Shown piece after piece: positions 63,911 through 64,000 of a stretch of 64,000 bases of DNA. The stretch comes from Chloroflexota bacterium (lineage in GTDB: Bacteria; Chloroflexota; Limnocylindria; P2-11E), in NCBI GenBank assembly GCA_038040265.1, contig JBBPIP010000003.1:31573-95572 (forward strand). The letters are read 5' to 3'. How positions within the stretch are numbered: position 1 is the stretch's first letter; each line of letters begins with the position of its first letter. The notes beneath the pieces are model-generated. The model was not told the origin of the DNA and made no database searches. It worked only from the letters and a program-made list of their open reading frames with translations. The position numbers were made by a program, and so were the translations under genes.

Positions 63911-64000
63911 GTCGCCACCTCCAACGCTTGCGCCGCGCCGATCGCGGCCGTGACGTCGATCACGCCGTCGTACGCGGCCTGGACCACCTCGAGATTCGCT
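63907..64000 (-). CDS. C-terminal end of an upstream gene, probably the PFOR N-terminal module (partial, runs off the right edge)
   Basis: Reverse translation gives ...ANLEVVQAAYDGVIDVTAAIGAAQALEVAT*. The stop overlaps the CBS gene start. The assignment is by context only. Confidence 0.4.
   Translation of the reverse strand, partial: ANLEVVQAAYDGVIDVTAAIGAAQALEVAT

Overview
Very GC-rich bacterial chromosomal segment. The strong GC3 bias produces many long antisense and alternate-frame shadow ORFs. The gene repertoire looks actinobacterial or Chloroflexi-like. I support about 70 protein genes and one tRNA-Gly(CCC). I saw no rRNA, CRISPR array, transposase, integrase or phage genes.

Gene content from left to right:
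- A sulfur-handling set: rhodanese, an MBL-rhodanese fusion and a sulfite-oxidase-like Mo enzyme.
- A translationally coupled GT4 / GH130 / unknown-protein operon.
- Cell-wall amidase, RIO kinase, transporters and a ParB-like protein.
- A short-ChrA pair and a large secreted GHL10-type glycosidase.
- A Crp/Fnr pair in which the upstream copy is decayed.
- A DNA-repair cluster: LigD split into PE, ligase and polymerase genes, plus TopIB and a decayed SplB-like radical SAM gene.
- A protease-MoxR-DUF58-VWA operon.
- aga-galK, bcp, and a Ser/Thr kinase with a polytopic membrane tail.
- glgA coupled to a GalT-like gene.
- A right-hand third that resembles a dormancy or anaerobiosis island: two tandem-USP proteins, a Rieske/cytochrome b/c-haem lipoprotein module, a PNPOx-like protein, divergent ackA-xfp, BON, a P-type ATPase, citrate synthase, and a split PFOR with an interposed CBS-pair gene.

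Most interesting signals:
- A recurrent intergenic 16-bp dyad, AGGGCC-N4-G(G/T)C(A/C)CY, lies in front of several of these genes, with a perfect palindromic variant upstream of the crp pair.
- An ackA 3' fragment is duplicated 3.85 kb from the intact ackA, and the two copies bracket the Rieske module.
- Three dispersed paralogues of a small Cys/His protein are present.
- Disrupted genes are unusually dense. This means either real decay or an indel-prone assembly.

All calls rest on reading translations and motifs by eye. No database search was possible.
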